A stretch of 64,000 nt of DNA from Amoebophrya sp. A120 (GCA_905178155.1 CAJINV010000003.1:4561863-4625862); one strand, 5' to 3'. Positions 36,801 to 49,600 are shown, numbered from the stretch's first letter. The notes: generated by a model from the letters alone, not told the origin. A program made the numbers and translations.

Positions 36801-38418
36801 CGTGGCTCCTGGACCAAGATAGATAAATAAGTATCCCCTTCCGTATTCTGTGCAGGATGAGAAGTTTCTTATTTCGTTTTTTTTTTCCGACTCAGAATCT
36901 GAGTCGGAAAAAAAAAACGAATCAGATGACATGTTTGCAGCGTATACCGTGCCCGGCTACACTGATTCCGCGTACAGTGTGCACAACATGTCGGGAAGTA
37001 TGATGGAAGCTGCCCACCGCATGATCCGAGACGAATACCACGTCGTGGCTATCCTCCTGAGTAGATCATCCTCTACCATGACGCAATTCATATGCGTTTT
37101 ACCGCGAAGGCTGTGCATGTGCATGGATACATTCGCTCCGCATGATTAGGAGCATTTCATGTAGTTGTACCACTTTCCTAGCCTGTCGCGTACAGCCAAG
37201 AAACTTCTAAATTTAGCCATGAAAAAATTCGTTTGGTAAGTCTACCTTTTACTTTTGTGAACATGGTAAGTCTACCTTTTACTCAGGATAGTGACTGTGA
37301 ATTTTCGAGCAAAGTACGGCATCACCCGGGAGGTACAAAACATGCTTGCTCAGTTGCCTGTATGTAAGGGTATAGCAAGGATGCGGCCTCCTGAGCCGAG
37401 ATAAAAATGCCATGAATCATATGAATGCTACAAAATATAATCAACGTCAGGGGCCGAGCAAGGGGTACCGGCAGGACCCGATCAGTCAGCAGTTCCTGAA
37501 GTATGCCACGCCTCCGCAAGCCCAAGCCGATTCGGGCGCCGCGCCCAGCGGAGAGGAAGGGGCGTCGGTCGGCGAAGTGAACAAGACCGAGGAGGTGGGG
37601 AAGGACGACAGCGGTTGCTGTGGCTACGGGACGACGCCGGAGGATGAAAGCAAGAAAACCGAGGAGGTCGTGGGGGAGAACGCCGCCGAGAGCAATGCGA
37701 ACGACGGTGAAAGCAAGGCTTTCGTCCAGGTGAACGCAGCCGCGACGATGAGCGCGGACTTCCTGGCGAGCGAGAAGTCACTGGGTGGTCAAGATGAACA
37801 GCACCGGGACGAGCCGTTCCCGTTTGCCAGCGAACCAGTTGCTGGGACAGAAGACGCGGCTTCGTTTCTTCAGTTCAAGTCCAACGCTATGACAACCTCC
37901 CGTGGGAATTTTTCCAAAAAGATGAAGAGATTTGATTTCTTCCGCTAGTAAGTACATCAGAAACGTAACTTCTTTTTGGTCGCAGAGCCCTTGAAGATGC
38001 AAAGGCGACGTTTGCAAACGCTACCAAATCTCTACCTACTAGAATGATTCCCACTTGGCGGTAGTATACCAGCGTACGCAGAATCGGCCTACGGTATGGA
38101 GACTGACAGTTCATCCTATGTTCAACTCGCATTCATTCTCGGGGAGGAATACTTAAGAATGTAGCGCGATGTGATGTTTGATTTCAGAAACTAATATAGC
38201 TGTCCCCCAAAAAATGAAAGATCGTATTCACTTGAAATGGAAAAACAGCTTCTCCAACGAACGACGCACCGATTCCGTGGGGCTTCGTGTTCGCGATTCT
38301 GTGCGGGCTGATGTTCACCGCCGGATTCGTGCGGGTTGGCTACAACTACTATCTGGCACAGTACAAGGCGACGCTGAAACCGGAAGTTGACTACTACGTC
38401 AAGGACGTGGGGATCTGA
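33839..38418 (+). CDS. Signal-peptide-bearing Gln/His/Pro-rich multi-exon protein with probable C-terminal TM exon (type I surface protein)
   Basis: MPRCLKVVALFCCVAQA signal, internal peptide repeats, several GT-AG introns and a degenerate introner. An unlisted short frame at 38249-38418 encodes IPWGFVFAILCGLMFTAGFVRVGYNYY...DVGI*. Linkage of the last exons is not fully resolved. Confidence 0.6.
37050..37290. mobile_element. Degenerate family-C-like introner (241 bp), TSD GTGGC/GTGAC
   Basis: Left end tatcctcctgagta, right end ttttactcaggata. Removing 37050-37295 gives the open frame EYHVVA|VNFRAKYGITRE, which joins ORF 37412 via a GT-AG intron ending at 37450. Confidence 0.75.
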
Positions 38419-39688
38419 AGCACTATCGGGCCTTCGGGCATCAATCGGCCGGTTAAGACTGGACGATCCCCCACAACACGGTGGAACACGCAGAATCCGC
38501 TTTGTCGAGAGGTGAGCTCTTTTCACAAACAACATCTAAGATTTTTCAATTGCAGTAGTTTTCACATTTTTTACGCATCGTGGAAGATTCTATCGCTCTG
38601 CTCCGGTCTGCTCTCTCAATTGCTCGCTGGAATTCGATGTTTCTCAGGTTTAAGTTGTTCCACTGAATAGTCCTGTAGCGAGCGAATGTCATTGTTGAAA
38701 TGAAAAAGAAATCAAATTTGAAAAAATGTAAACCTATTGGAAAATATCTCCGGAAGTATCTTAAATCAGCGATAGCATGCACCGAGAAAATTAATATGTA
38801 CATTGCAATTTTGAGAAAATGACGAAACGCGATCGCATTTGTTGTGGCATGATCTGAATAACCACTTAGTTTCACCGGCCTATTATTGTTAAATCAGTGG
38901 GGACAATGACAAACGAAACCATTGTGTAAAATGCGACTTTCTTTATAGAAATTGGTTTTCGATCAATTACAAATACAATTGTTAGTGCGACGCAGGAGGC
39001 TTGTGTCTAATCATTCATGATCATGTACACAGTTTTGAAAAAACCTGGTGCAGCAAGTGGAAAAAATTTGCTGTGACCTAGTTTTTGACTGTGTGCCAAA
39101 GATCATCCGTTCCTCAGTTTCTTAGATGAAAAACAACCCGCCTCAATATGTACTTGAGTCTTTCTGTTCGTGGTCCCTTCGGAAACAACTTGGAGTTAGA
39201 TCTACTACAAAGTGAATGTTTTTGCTACTGCTGGCTGCTTTCCTTTTGCCCACTGCGAGGACAAACACTTGCACATCTCTTGGAGATTTTGCAGCTACGA
39301 CTATGGTCGTGAAAAAGCACGTGTAGATCCGAATTTGAAACGTGATCTGAGGCTCTCGAGTCACTTGGGCAGATGCAAGAAGTACGAGATCAAAAGAGAC
39401 CCCCTTGATTTTCACCTTTTTTCTTTTGCGAATTCTATCCAGGCGACGGCGACGACGTTTTTGATCTATTACAACAGAAAGAAAGTAGTTTCACCTCCTT
39501 ACCGATAATTCTAGACGGAGTTTCACGGAGAAAAAAAGAGTTGAAGACATACTTGCTGGAGTCTCCTCAGACGAGCCGTTCCAGCCATGAGATCGTAGTC
39601 CGAAGACATGCGTATTTCGGTTGTAATATCGGATGAAAGTATTAACAAGTCGCTTTCAACCTAAACACTGTACATAGAATCCTGAAGA

Positions 39689-42600
39689 ATGGTATCTGCT
39701 AACGAAAAGAAGCGGCGAGACCGCGAGAAGAAGAAGGCACAGGAGAAGCGACGAAAAACGCGACAGGCCGAGCAACGCGCAGAGGCCGCGGATCGAGAAA
39801 AAGTACAGGCTCGCAGAGAGGTGCTTGGGGGAAATGAAGCACAGGAACCAGAGGGCGACGAAGAATACGTGATTCCAGAGCTTCCATTCAACCAGGACGA
39901 CAGCAGGTTCGACGAGTACAAAAAAGTTTTCCACACCTTTTCCATAGCCGGCGACGAGGACGAGAAAGAGGATGGGGACGAGGGCAAGAAACCCAAACCC
40001 GGCGAGAAAAAGTCCAAGCTCCAGCTGCGCAAGCAGGTACAAGAGGGGGAGGACGGCGACCGGGAGAGCGGCGTAGCGGATGTGTACGAGCGCTCTAAGA
40101 AAAAGAAGAAGAAGAAGTTTCTGGTGCACGAGCTGAAACAGGTCGTGGAGCGACCCGACGTGGTCACAGAAGTCGATACCACCAGTCCCGATCCGAAGCT
40201 TCTCGTGTATGATTTTCTTTTTTGCATGATCCCGATAGTGTTTACGGCCTTTGTTATTGTTTCAAGAACGCACAGGTCGTCGCCTGCCGCGTTTGTGCAT
40301 GTCGTCTTATCAGATGAAGCCCTAAGGTCCACCTAAGGTCTTGAATCCATGAAATTGTTTATCTGCTACAGGTTTTTGAAGGCATATCGCAACACGGTTC
40401 AAGTGCCACCGCATTGGTCAGCCAAACGAAAGTTTTTGTCGATGAAGAAGGGGCAAGAGAAACCGCGATACCGCCTGCCCGAGTTTATCGAGGCGACCGG
40501 AATTCAAAAAATACGAGAGGCAGTGCTGGCGAAGGAAGAAGGACAAGGTAGCAAAATTGAGACACTACTTCTCGGATGAACAGCAGCATGAAGATACAAG
40601 CTCTTACTTTAAGATTCGCTGAGTTTCTTTGAAATTCAATATGGTCCTCTTCGCGCGGTGAGATTGCATGGATAGGTTCAACCATGTTCCCCACGCAAGA
40701 ATAAATGGAGATTTGCGCATCTACATCAATCACTTGGAATTATGAACACTGAACAGGCTCCACAGGCAGGGCGAAAGCGAGGTTGACGGCGAAGATGGGA
40801 AAACTGGATATCGATTACCAGGTTCTACACGATGCCTTTTTCAAATACCAGACACGACCCAAGCTGACCGGACACAACGATATTTATTTCGAGGGAAAGG
40901 AGCAGCAGATGAAGATGCAATCCCAAAAGCCCGGCGGGAAACTTACCGCCCCACTCATGCAAGCGCTAGGTATTGATTCTTGTACACTCCGGATTCTGCA
41001 TGTTTCAGTTTCGCCCACACGTCTCCTCTGCGATGCGGCTCTGCGGTGGTCATATTAGCAAATAAGCCAATGTCAGCAACAAGAAGCCATCGCGAGTGTG
41101 CAGCATGGAGATCTTGGTATATTGATTACGAGTTGAAGATGTGCCGACCAATTTGTTCAGGTATGATCGACGAGAACCAGCCTCCCCCCTGGCTTTTCAA
41201 CATGCAGCGCTACGGGCCCCCAAAGGCGTATCCGATGATGCGCATTCCAGGAGTTAACGCCCCCATCCCCGAGGGAGCAGAATACGGCATGAATCCGGGC
41301 CAATGGGGAAGACCTCCCCTGGACGAATATGAAATGCAAAAATGTCTGGGTCTGGAAGATTGCAACTTGTCATGGTAAATCTGAAGCATGCAAAAATCTG
41401 TGTTGCATGAGTGCCAAAAGCTGTCCACTTTTGACCAAGTTGGAACGGAGTTGCTCATGCAGAATAGGCATGGCAGAGACCTCGCAGAGTCTGTCACGCT
41501 AAGTCCCGCATTCCAGACCTCATGGGTCATGGAAAATCTGCATGACAAGTCTACACTCTTCCAGACCCAGACTTTTTTGCGCTTGATAACGAATTCGGCA
41601 ACCCAAAATTCGGCGACTGGGCCAAAGAACACGCGGCCCGCGCAAGAAGAGCCCAGTATTATTATTGAAACATTTTTAAAACAGGGCTACCTAAGCACAC
41701 ACAAGTGTGAAGATGAGCTTGAGAACAAGAAGTAGTGATTCACAACTTTCTAAGAGCTTGTTTGCGTTCTTTGAGTCGTAGGCTAGGAAAGTTATCCTTC
41801 ACTGAACAATACTACCACAGAGTGGACGACAATACACTTTGGGGAGAAGCTGAAGACGTGTCAGATGATGAGGAGCAAATGCAGGCCGAGGGGCCTGAGG
41901 AACAAGCAGGAATGTCCGGCACTGCCACCCCAATGGTGGGACACGCGACCCCTATGGTACTTGAGTTGGCACATCAACATTTCCACTTCTTTATCTCTGT
42001 AAAGTCCAGCAAAAATTTTAGCGTTTTCATCGCGGAGGATGGCGTTTTATGTGTGTATTTGTCCGTCGTGGCGCGACCTTTGCGACTCTGTCTGATTGAC
42101 ATGTTCTCAATGATTGATTGAATATCAGATCGGGGTAGCGACGCCACTGGCAGGCGCAGGGACGCCACTCATTGGCAGCGGGTACAGAAGTACATCAGGA
42201 ATTTCTTCCGTGACTTCGAACTTAACTGGCGGCCTGCAGACTCCCACCATGAGTATGCAGTACGGGTATGGAAGTGCGCAAACAGGCGGGGTGAGGTCTG
42301 GCAGCATGACGCCCGGACCACAGCTGTTTCAGGTGCTCGAAGAGCAGAAGCGGGTGGCTGGCGCTGGCGGAGTTTTTCCAAGTGCGCACGGATACCGTGC
42401 GGGTGGGATTGCCACGCCCGGTATCGCCACACCCGGTATCGCAACACCGGGAATCGCAACACCCGGAATCGCGACACCGGGGTTTGCAACGCCAGGAATC
42501 GCAACGCCGGGCATTATGCGAGGTCCACAAAGCGGAATTGCGTCCGTGGGGAGAATTCCAGGTATGCACTTGCTTTAAGAAGTGACCTTGGATGAATACA

Positions 42601-43008
42601 TGAGCATATTGTTCTAGCGTAGTGCAGTCACTGTAGAGGATTATCCGGAGGAATTTCTGATCCTGTAAACAAGTGCATGGTGCCGTTTTTGTTTTTGCTT
42701 CGATTCTGCCTCCGAAAATTTCCACAGGTATCCAAACGCCGCTTGGTATTCAAACCCCAATGGGCCTGGGTATCGCGACGCCCGCGGGCGGAATACAAAC
42801 GCCAGTGGGGGGAATCGCGACACCGACGGGAATCCAGAGCGCGGGCGGTATACGTTCCGTCGAGCAGGAAGGTATGATGACAGCAGATATGATCCGCGCG
42901 CAGCTGAAACAGCAAGAGCAAAAAGCCGCGGACGCCCGGACAGCGGCGCACCAAAAAGATGTCAAGAAGAAGGATGGCAAGAAAAAGAAAAACGCCTTCA
43001 AGTTTTAG
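39689..43008 (+). CDS. SF3B2: Splicing factor 3B subunit 2 (SAP145/Cus1)
   Basis: ELKQVVERPDVV, DPKLLVFLKAYRNTVQVPPHWSAKRKFL, KMGKLDIDYQVLHDAFFKYQTRP, PPPWLFNMQRYGPP, WGRPPLDE|FGNPKFGD and C-terminal KKNAFKF. Confidence 0.95.
41328..41588. mobile_element. MITE-like introner, family A2 (261 bp), TSD ACGAA
   Basis: TIRs tatgaaatgcaaaaatgtctgggtctggaaga ... tcttccagacccagacttttttgcgcttgata. ACGAA at 41323-41327 and 41589-41593. Confidence 0.93.
42405..42509 (+). repeat. Coding 15-bp tandem repeat, (GIATP)x7, in SF3B2
   Basis: ggN atY gcN acN ccN seven times with synonymous variation and one GFATP unit. Confidence 0.9.
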
Positions 43009-43746
43009 TCGGGCCTCCGAGTTGGGAGACCCGTGGGCGGTCCGCGTGCTCATGCACCTTGTCATGGCGCAACTGTAAGTGCATCTATCTCCGCAGCGTC
43101 GCCGTAATGCCGTTGTTTCTCCGAACGCGGCAATGGTTGGACCGTGCGTTCGAGAAACCGCCTCACAGTAGAATCCATTGACAAGGACCCAACGCCTCCA
43201 CCAACTCGCGCTGCAGCAAGTACTACCCTGCGACTTTTTTTCCAAGAAGCGAATCAGACCTCAAACCCAAACCCACTTTTTGAAAGTAGAGCTTGACGCG
43301 GAGGCGAGTGATGTGTACCGCAAACATAATTGATGGAGAACTGAATAGAGAACCTCGCAATTATCCACATGGGACCCGGCCTGGCACCGGAGATCATGTG
43401 TGGTCGGATACCTACACAGTGTTTGTTCGCGCTCAATTTAGGCAGGACAGGATTTGCAGGACTTTCCACGATCGTGAGTCGACGCATTAACGCGGGAGGT
43501 ATTCTGTATTCGTAGTAAGTGATCTTTTCGGAAATCGTCTTTCGTCGCAGTTGGTTCGTTTCTATTGAGCCTGACAGATAAATTCGATATGCCTCGGGGA
43601 GGTTTTCGTTCTTTTGTTTCTCTTCCCTCGTCCGGCAATCTGGAAAGCGAAGGTCAGATGTAAGACAATAGACAATTTGTTGTTGATATTTCAAGCGTGA
43701 AACTTCTATAGACGACAGTACGCGAAGTTTGCGAACGGCGAAAGCC

Positions 43747-44829
43747 ATGCTGATTCGTTTGCACCAGAATGAGCCGACCGCTTTTGCAGCAAAGCTGGTT
43801 GACCACCTCGCGGACCTGTTCTCTTCAGCAGCCGCGACAACCGGATGGATTCAGCAATTGCCGCTCGGGAACAGGCCGAGTAAGGCAACTCGATCATGCG
43901 GGCCTCGGTGCGGGACCGGGACCACCTGTACTACCAGCCCACAGAGTACAACTTCGTTTCTGACAACTCACGCCGCGTCCGAAGAGGGTCGGTACTACAT
44001 GTCGCCTCCCCAGAACAAGGACCGGTACGAGTGGGGCTATCCCTGCTCAGTGAAAAAGCTGCCAATCGGGGCGCCTACAAACCAGCGGTACATTCCGAAT
44101 GCTTTCGGGCTCTCCTGGGGTAGCTACCCAAACCCGTACCCGACGCAGTGTGGGACGACTATCGTGAAATGGGGGAACGGCGAGGACAGCGGAGCCGCCG
44201 CGGGGGCGGACTTCAACGGCAGACCCGAGTACGTCTGGCTCAAGGACAAGGCCGTGAACTGCACGGCGATCCCGGCGCCGCACGAATTTCTGCAGCGCGG
44301 GAACAGTCGGTTCGGCGGGCAGTCTTCCGAGTGGTTTCACACTCGGTTCCTGCGAGCGGCAAAGCTCAGTATTGGTGGTAGGATCATGGGCGGAACGTTT
44401 AAGGACGTGAACACAAAGGGAAACACCACCAATGACGCCTACGCTTTTGCCGGGATTTTGGAGGAGGGGCACAGTAAGCCCGTGCTTCGCGTCAAGAAGA
44501 AAGGTTTCGCGAACGACATCCTGTGGCGCAAGAAGCCAAGCAATTGGAGCGCAATCCGCAGCGCTGCTGCGGGCCTGGCCGCGGGGCTGAAGAATGTCTT
44601 CAGTCAGAATGCGAACAACGGCGATATGACGGACGGGAAGGGCTGGTGGCCCAATGTATTCTCCAAGTACCAGGCTGCGTTTATGTGCGAATCCGAAAAA
44701 GATTGCGGTTACTTTGTGTTTGACCCCAGCAAAAAACGCATGCAGATGTGCCAAGGCCAAGAAATCAAACCGAAGGAGGGAATGTCCAACAAGGTCGCAC
44801 GGGGGAAAGCTTTCGGGTATTGTTGTTGA
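43747..44829 (+). CDS. Hypothetical Cys/Trp/Gly-rich protein (~360 aa; start uncertain)
   Basis: Long ORF with coding-like GC3 bias from ~43950. Scattered Cys, ends in GYCC. No family recognised. Confidence 0.6.
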   Translation: MLIRLHQNEPTAFAAKLVDHLADLFSSAAATTGWIQQLPLGNRPSKATRSCGPRCGTGTTCTTSPQSTTSFLTTHAASEEGRYYMSPPQNKDRYEWGYPCSVKKLPIGAPTNQRYIPNAFGLSWGSYPNPYPTQCGTTIVKWGNGEDSGAAAGADFNGRPEYVWLKDKAVNCTAIPAPHEFLQRGNSRFGGQSSEWFHTRFLRAAKLSIGGRIMGGTFKDVNTKGNTTNDAYAFAGILEEGHSKPVLRVKKKGFANDILWRKKPSNWSAIRSAAAGLAAGLKNVFSQNANNGDMTDGKGWWPNVFSKYQAAFMCESEKDCGYFVFDPSKKRMQMCQGQEIKPKEGMSNKVARGKAFGYCC

Positions 44830-44973
44830 TCAGTTGTTGCATGCTTGAAGTGCACTGCTTCTTGTTACTTGGATGCTTCTTGATGTCCTCATGCATGGTT
44901 GTGGAGCTGAAGAATGGTTCGGAATGTTGCAGCAGAAGGAGGAAACAAAACGATCACTAATGCTAAGTAGTAC

Positions 44974-45387
44974 ATGATCATCAGAGCCAAAACTACAAAA
45001 TCTTCCAGTTACTTGCTGGCTCGGAAGATGCGAGGGTACATGATGGGGGTGAAGCCGAGCTTTCTGCGGCAAGCCTTGAAGCTGAATCAGAACGACCGAC
45101 TGCTGATAAACACGAAAGCCGTCTGCCCCGGCCGAGACGGCCGGTTCCTCGAGACGCGGCCTTTTGCGGAGGATCTCCGCGACACATTCAAGCGAAACGC
45201 CGCTTCCCCGGATGTGCTTCGGCCTACACATTGGTGGTACAATCTCGCGGGGTCCAAAACTTTTTACATGCAGCCCTCTGACGTTCGGGGCGAGCTATGC
45301 AGTGGGGAGCCCACTTTTGTGCCACAGCTAGGTGCCTTCGCAGTCATACCGGAGATTCCAGCTGCGCAAGAACCGATGCTTTCATAA
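44974..45387 (+). CDS. Possible small ORF or additional terminal exon (137 aa)
   Basis: ATG-initiated ORF with coding-like composition directly downstream of the previous gene. No motif. Confidence 0.35.
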   Translation: MIIRAKTTKSSSYLLARKMRGYMMGVKPSFLRQALKLNQNDRLLINTKAVCPGRDGRFLETRPFAEDLRDTFKRNAASPDVLRPTHWWYNLAGSKTFYMQPSDVRGELCSGEPTFVPQLGAFAVIPEIPAAQEPMLS

Positions 45388-46649
45388 GTGATTCTGGTCC
45401 AGTCAGCACGGCATTAGCAAGCTTACAGCGGTAAAATTCCACACTTCATCGTGCTACATTTAAGTTCCTGGTATGCACGGTCTCATTTGGTGGACAATGC
45501 AGACTCAACAGGGAAGAGGGTTTTGTTGAATGATAGAGGTATTTGCTGAAATTCGTTGACTTGCCCCCGCGGTTTGCTGAAATTGATGCTTGCAAAAGTA
45601 TTATGCTGGGGAAGATATTTACGACAGACGTTGACGTTGCTCTTGCTGCTGTTTGTCTAGGTCGCATTTCGCAAAAGCAATCTGTGTTGCATGACTCGCT
45701 TGTGAAGCTGCAAGCATGTGCTACATGATCGTGCGAGACTTGCTGGATTCAATTCAGTGTTGTTCTTCGATTCAGCGGGACGGAAAAAAAGGCTTCTAAC
45801 ACTGAAGAGAGGCATTACACTTCATTTTCCGTTCACGCGTACAACAGATGCGTTTTCAACATGACGAAGAGAAAAGAACCCCCACTGCATGTCCGTCGGT
45901 CCAATGATCATAAATTGATATCATGCAGCTCGTGGGCAATAGGTGATGGATCAGGATCGTAAAATTAAGTCTCTCACAGACGAGGCAACAAATTCAAAAT
46001 TGGACAAAAAGCATCTATTGCTTGGATCTGAAAAAAAATAAAATGAATCTCTACAATGTCAATGTGTGTGATACCATGCACCGGCTCTAATTGAAAATCG
46101 AGATGAAAATGCAACGCCCATTTTCCTCAAACCACAGATTCTCTTCCAGCGACCTCAGGAAGGGATAATTTGTATCTAAACATGATTAAGAACAATAGAA
46201 AATATTAAGACTAACGAAAACGATAACGATATTCGATTAGGTATATTTTTTACTCGATTTAGAAAGCAAAAGGCGGTTCGATCTCGAACACAAGGCACTT
46301 TTCGCTTTCCATTTCCTTAAAACGGTCGATTTATATTTATACAACCCGATAGCTATACTACTCTGTTTTTCCCGGCGTAGCTAGTACTAAGTACCTTACA
46401 TTGTTCTTGTTTTACTGCGCAACAGGCGAACACACTGATAAAGATAATTCCACGTCTTTTCACACTAGTACTCGCGGAATAATTCAACATACGACCCCTA
46501 GTATTAATCCGACGACTTTTTTGATTTTCGTATCCCGACAAGCTTTAACCATTTTGACGACTTTAATATACCCATTGCGACCCCGCACTTAAAACAAAAA
46601 CTTTAACCGTTCAATTAATTAGTATTCTTGAACGCCGCTATCACAGAAA

Positions 46650-49600
46650 ATGTCGGGCCTCATCCCGCGCGATTACCAAATCGAGGCCGCGAACTCGGCG
46701 ATGAATGAAAATATCATCGTAAATTTGCCAACCGGGTCGGGGAAAACGCTCATTGCCGCTCTAGTACATGAGCAAATGAAGTCACGGATGACCCTCGTGG
46801 CGTGCGCGTCTGTCGCGGTTATAGAACAGCATACCCAGTTTTTTCAATCCCGAGGGATTCGAAACGTGATCATTGACACCGCAGCTGGCCTGAAAGCACG
46901 CATCTTCGATTATGGGGGCGTAGGTATCTATTGCAAATGCTAATTCCTGTTGATTTCATCTCGATAATTACTGAGTAGACAAACTGGCGGCCTCGCTAAT
47001 TTTGCAATTGGTTGGTAGGCACACAGACGCTTACGAAGATAGTTTCTTTGTTTAGATGGAGGAAGAAACCAGGATCGACTTGTGAGCAACGGTCAAGATG
47101 AATTATTTCGCCAAAAAAATCAATTCAGGTGATGAGAACGACGAAGAGGAAGACCCGGACGTGAACGCACGGATGCTCGAGGAACGAAGAGAAAACATTC
47201 GGCGAAAGGTTGCTGGGGTGCAGCTGGTGGTCTTTGATGAATGCCACCACGCAATCGGGCACCACCCCTACGTGAAATTCTGCGAGCTCCTGTTTCAGTA
47301 TTGTTTGGATAAAGATTTGTGAAGTTGGAATTTGTTGGCGATGTGGACGTAGAGCTAGAGGTTGCGCGTTTTTGATGAAAAATCAAAACCCATGCCAGTG
47401 GGCAGCTTTGTAGTTTTCTCCTGGCGCTGTCTGAGTTTGATGCTAGATCCATCTCGATAACGTAAACATGACATCAAATAACGCAGGTACAAGGAACAGG
47501 AGTCATTTCGGGTGCTTGGGCTGACCGCGAGCTTCATTCACGGGCAGTTCGAGCAGATCTCGAAGAAGCGGAAGCGGTTGGAGGACAACCTCCGGGCGCG
47601 GCTGTGGACCCCCACGAACTTTTTGGTGAAGAACCCGGACAAGCACTTTTACAAGGTGGAGTACAGCGCGCCCAAAAACCTGGTGTTGAGTAAGCGCGAC
47701 ATCGAGAACCGCAGTTTCGAGATGATGCGCCCGATCCTGAAATCCCTTCCCTACGGCATGGCCTCCATCGTGAGCAAGGAGGTTTCCAAGTCGGCCTACC
47801 TCTGCTACTACATCCTGGGCGACGCGGGCTGGTCCTTTTTTCTCCGCGACGGGCTGGTCCCGTACCTGGAGGCCAAATTGCGGCAGAAGGCCGAGTACGT
47901 GGTGCGGGATGCGGTGCAGCAGCACGAACTGAACAGACGCTACGCCCTGGAACACGACGACGACAAGTACAACAGCGAGCAGAAGGATTTTCCCGTGGAT
48001 CAGGGAGGTGGAGGGAGCCTCGGGACGAACGGTGGTCCACCGCCCAACAAGAAACAGGCTCGCGGCCCCTTCGAAGACTACAGCGACACCGCCTCGTTGT
48101 ACTCCAGCGCCCCGTCTCTACCGACAACTTCCGACCTGGAGTCACAGCGTGCCGAGTTCTTCGCACCGCTCCAGCGGTACCTACAGCAAGCCATCCCGAT
48201 TATTCCCCAAGTCAGCCCCAAAGTTGAAAGTTTGCTCGAGATCTTGCTGTCCTGCACGTCCTCCAGAACGGTAAACACCTACGTCACCGACCCTGTCTTT
48301 GGCGGGCCGGCATACGCGGTACAAATGTTTTCTTGCTGTAGCGTTCTGTCAGACACGAGTGTTGACACAGTTAGGTCGCGCACCAGCTGTCCTGCTTTCT
48401 GTAACCCGTACTCATCACGTGACCAAAAGAAACTATGGGACTCGACTGACTACTAGAGTTTGGTCACGTTGCCTTGTCCGTCTCAAAAAGGCATGCTCAA
48501 AAGGAAAGATATATATCTGTAGCACCGACTGAATTTCTGTTTTGCAAAATTTACGTGACGACAAATACAGCAACAAGTGGAGGAAATCGACACTTCTCTT
48601 GTTTTCGTGGAGCGTGCGGTACTCTGTATTCCGCTGGCGAAGATAATCGAGATGCGCACACGCCGCGTTTGCCGACCAGTGATGGGTGTGCAGAGCATGT
48701 CCGCGGAAGTGCGGAACTCGACGCTGCAGGCCTTCAAAGAGGGCAAAGTCCGAGTCATCGTCGCTACCAGCAGTCTCGAGGAAGGTAAAGAAGCATAGGA
48801 CTTGAGAAATTACCACTGCATTCACATTGTTGTATGCTATGATAGCAGCTGCGATCATCTCCTGCTTTCAGTGTATGACAGTATAGTTGGAAGACAAAAC
48901 TCTTTTTTCTACAAACGCTCCGCTCCCTCTCCCTGGTAGTTCACTTATGATTTGCTATTTTGTCCATACAGGTATCGATGTTGCGGACTGCAAGGTGGTG
49001 GTACGATTCGATTACTTCTCTAGTGTCCGGTCGCACATCCAGGGCTCGGGCCGCGCGCGGCACCCAGACGCGAAGATTTTTTACTTCGAGCAGGAACCCG
49101 AAGTGGAGGAGTACAAGGCGAGCCTGATGACACTGGCGGCAGCCAACCGCGACCTGGAGATTCCGGACCTTGATGCGCAGCAGCGACGGCAGATTCCGGA
49201 GCTGCAGCGCGGGACGGGAAACAACGGCAAGGAAGGCAAAGAAGGCGACGAGGAAAACAACCAGGAAGGCGATCCGAAGAGCCGGACCGACAGCAAGCGA
49301 AACCCCGGGCGCAAGTGCCAGGACCCACCGCACCTCCGCGTCCGCGAGTACCCAACGCTGACACTGTGCGGCGTGGGCCACTGCTTCGACAAGGAAGAGA
49401 TATCAAATGCAAAAATGTCTGGGTCTGGAAGAGTGGAAGATTTGTCATGCAGGTTTTCCATGATCCATGAGGTCTGTAATGCATGGTCTAGCATGACAGA
49501 TTTTAAGAGGGCTTCCTGATGCCTGTTCCGCATGAGAAATTCCCTCTCGCCGTGGGAAAATCTGGAGTCTTCTCGCTGGTCATGCATTACAGATTTTTCT

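Noticed and set aside
42564-42679. Short inverted repeat atgcacttg/caagtgcat inside an SF3B2 intron as another introner
   Set aside because: It is only ~9-13 bp, not terminal, has no TATC/GATA ends, and the intron is ordinary GT-AG.
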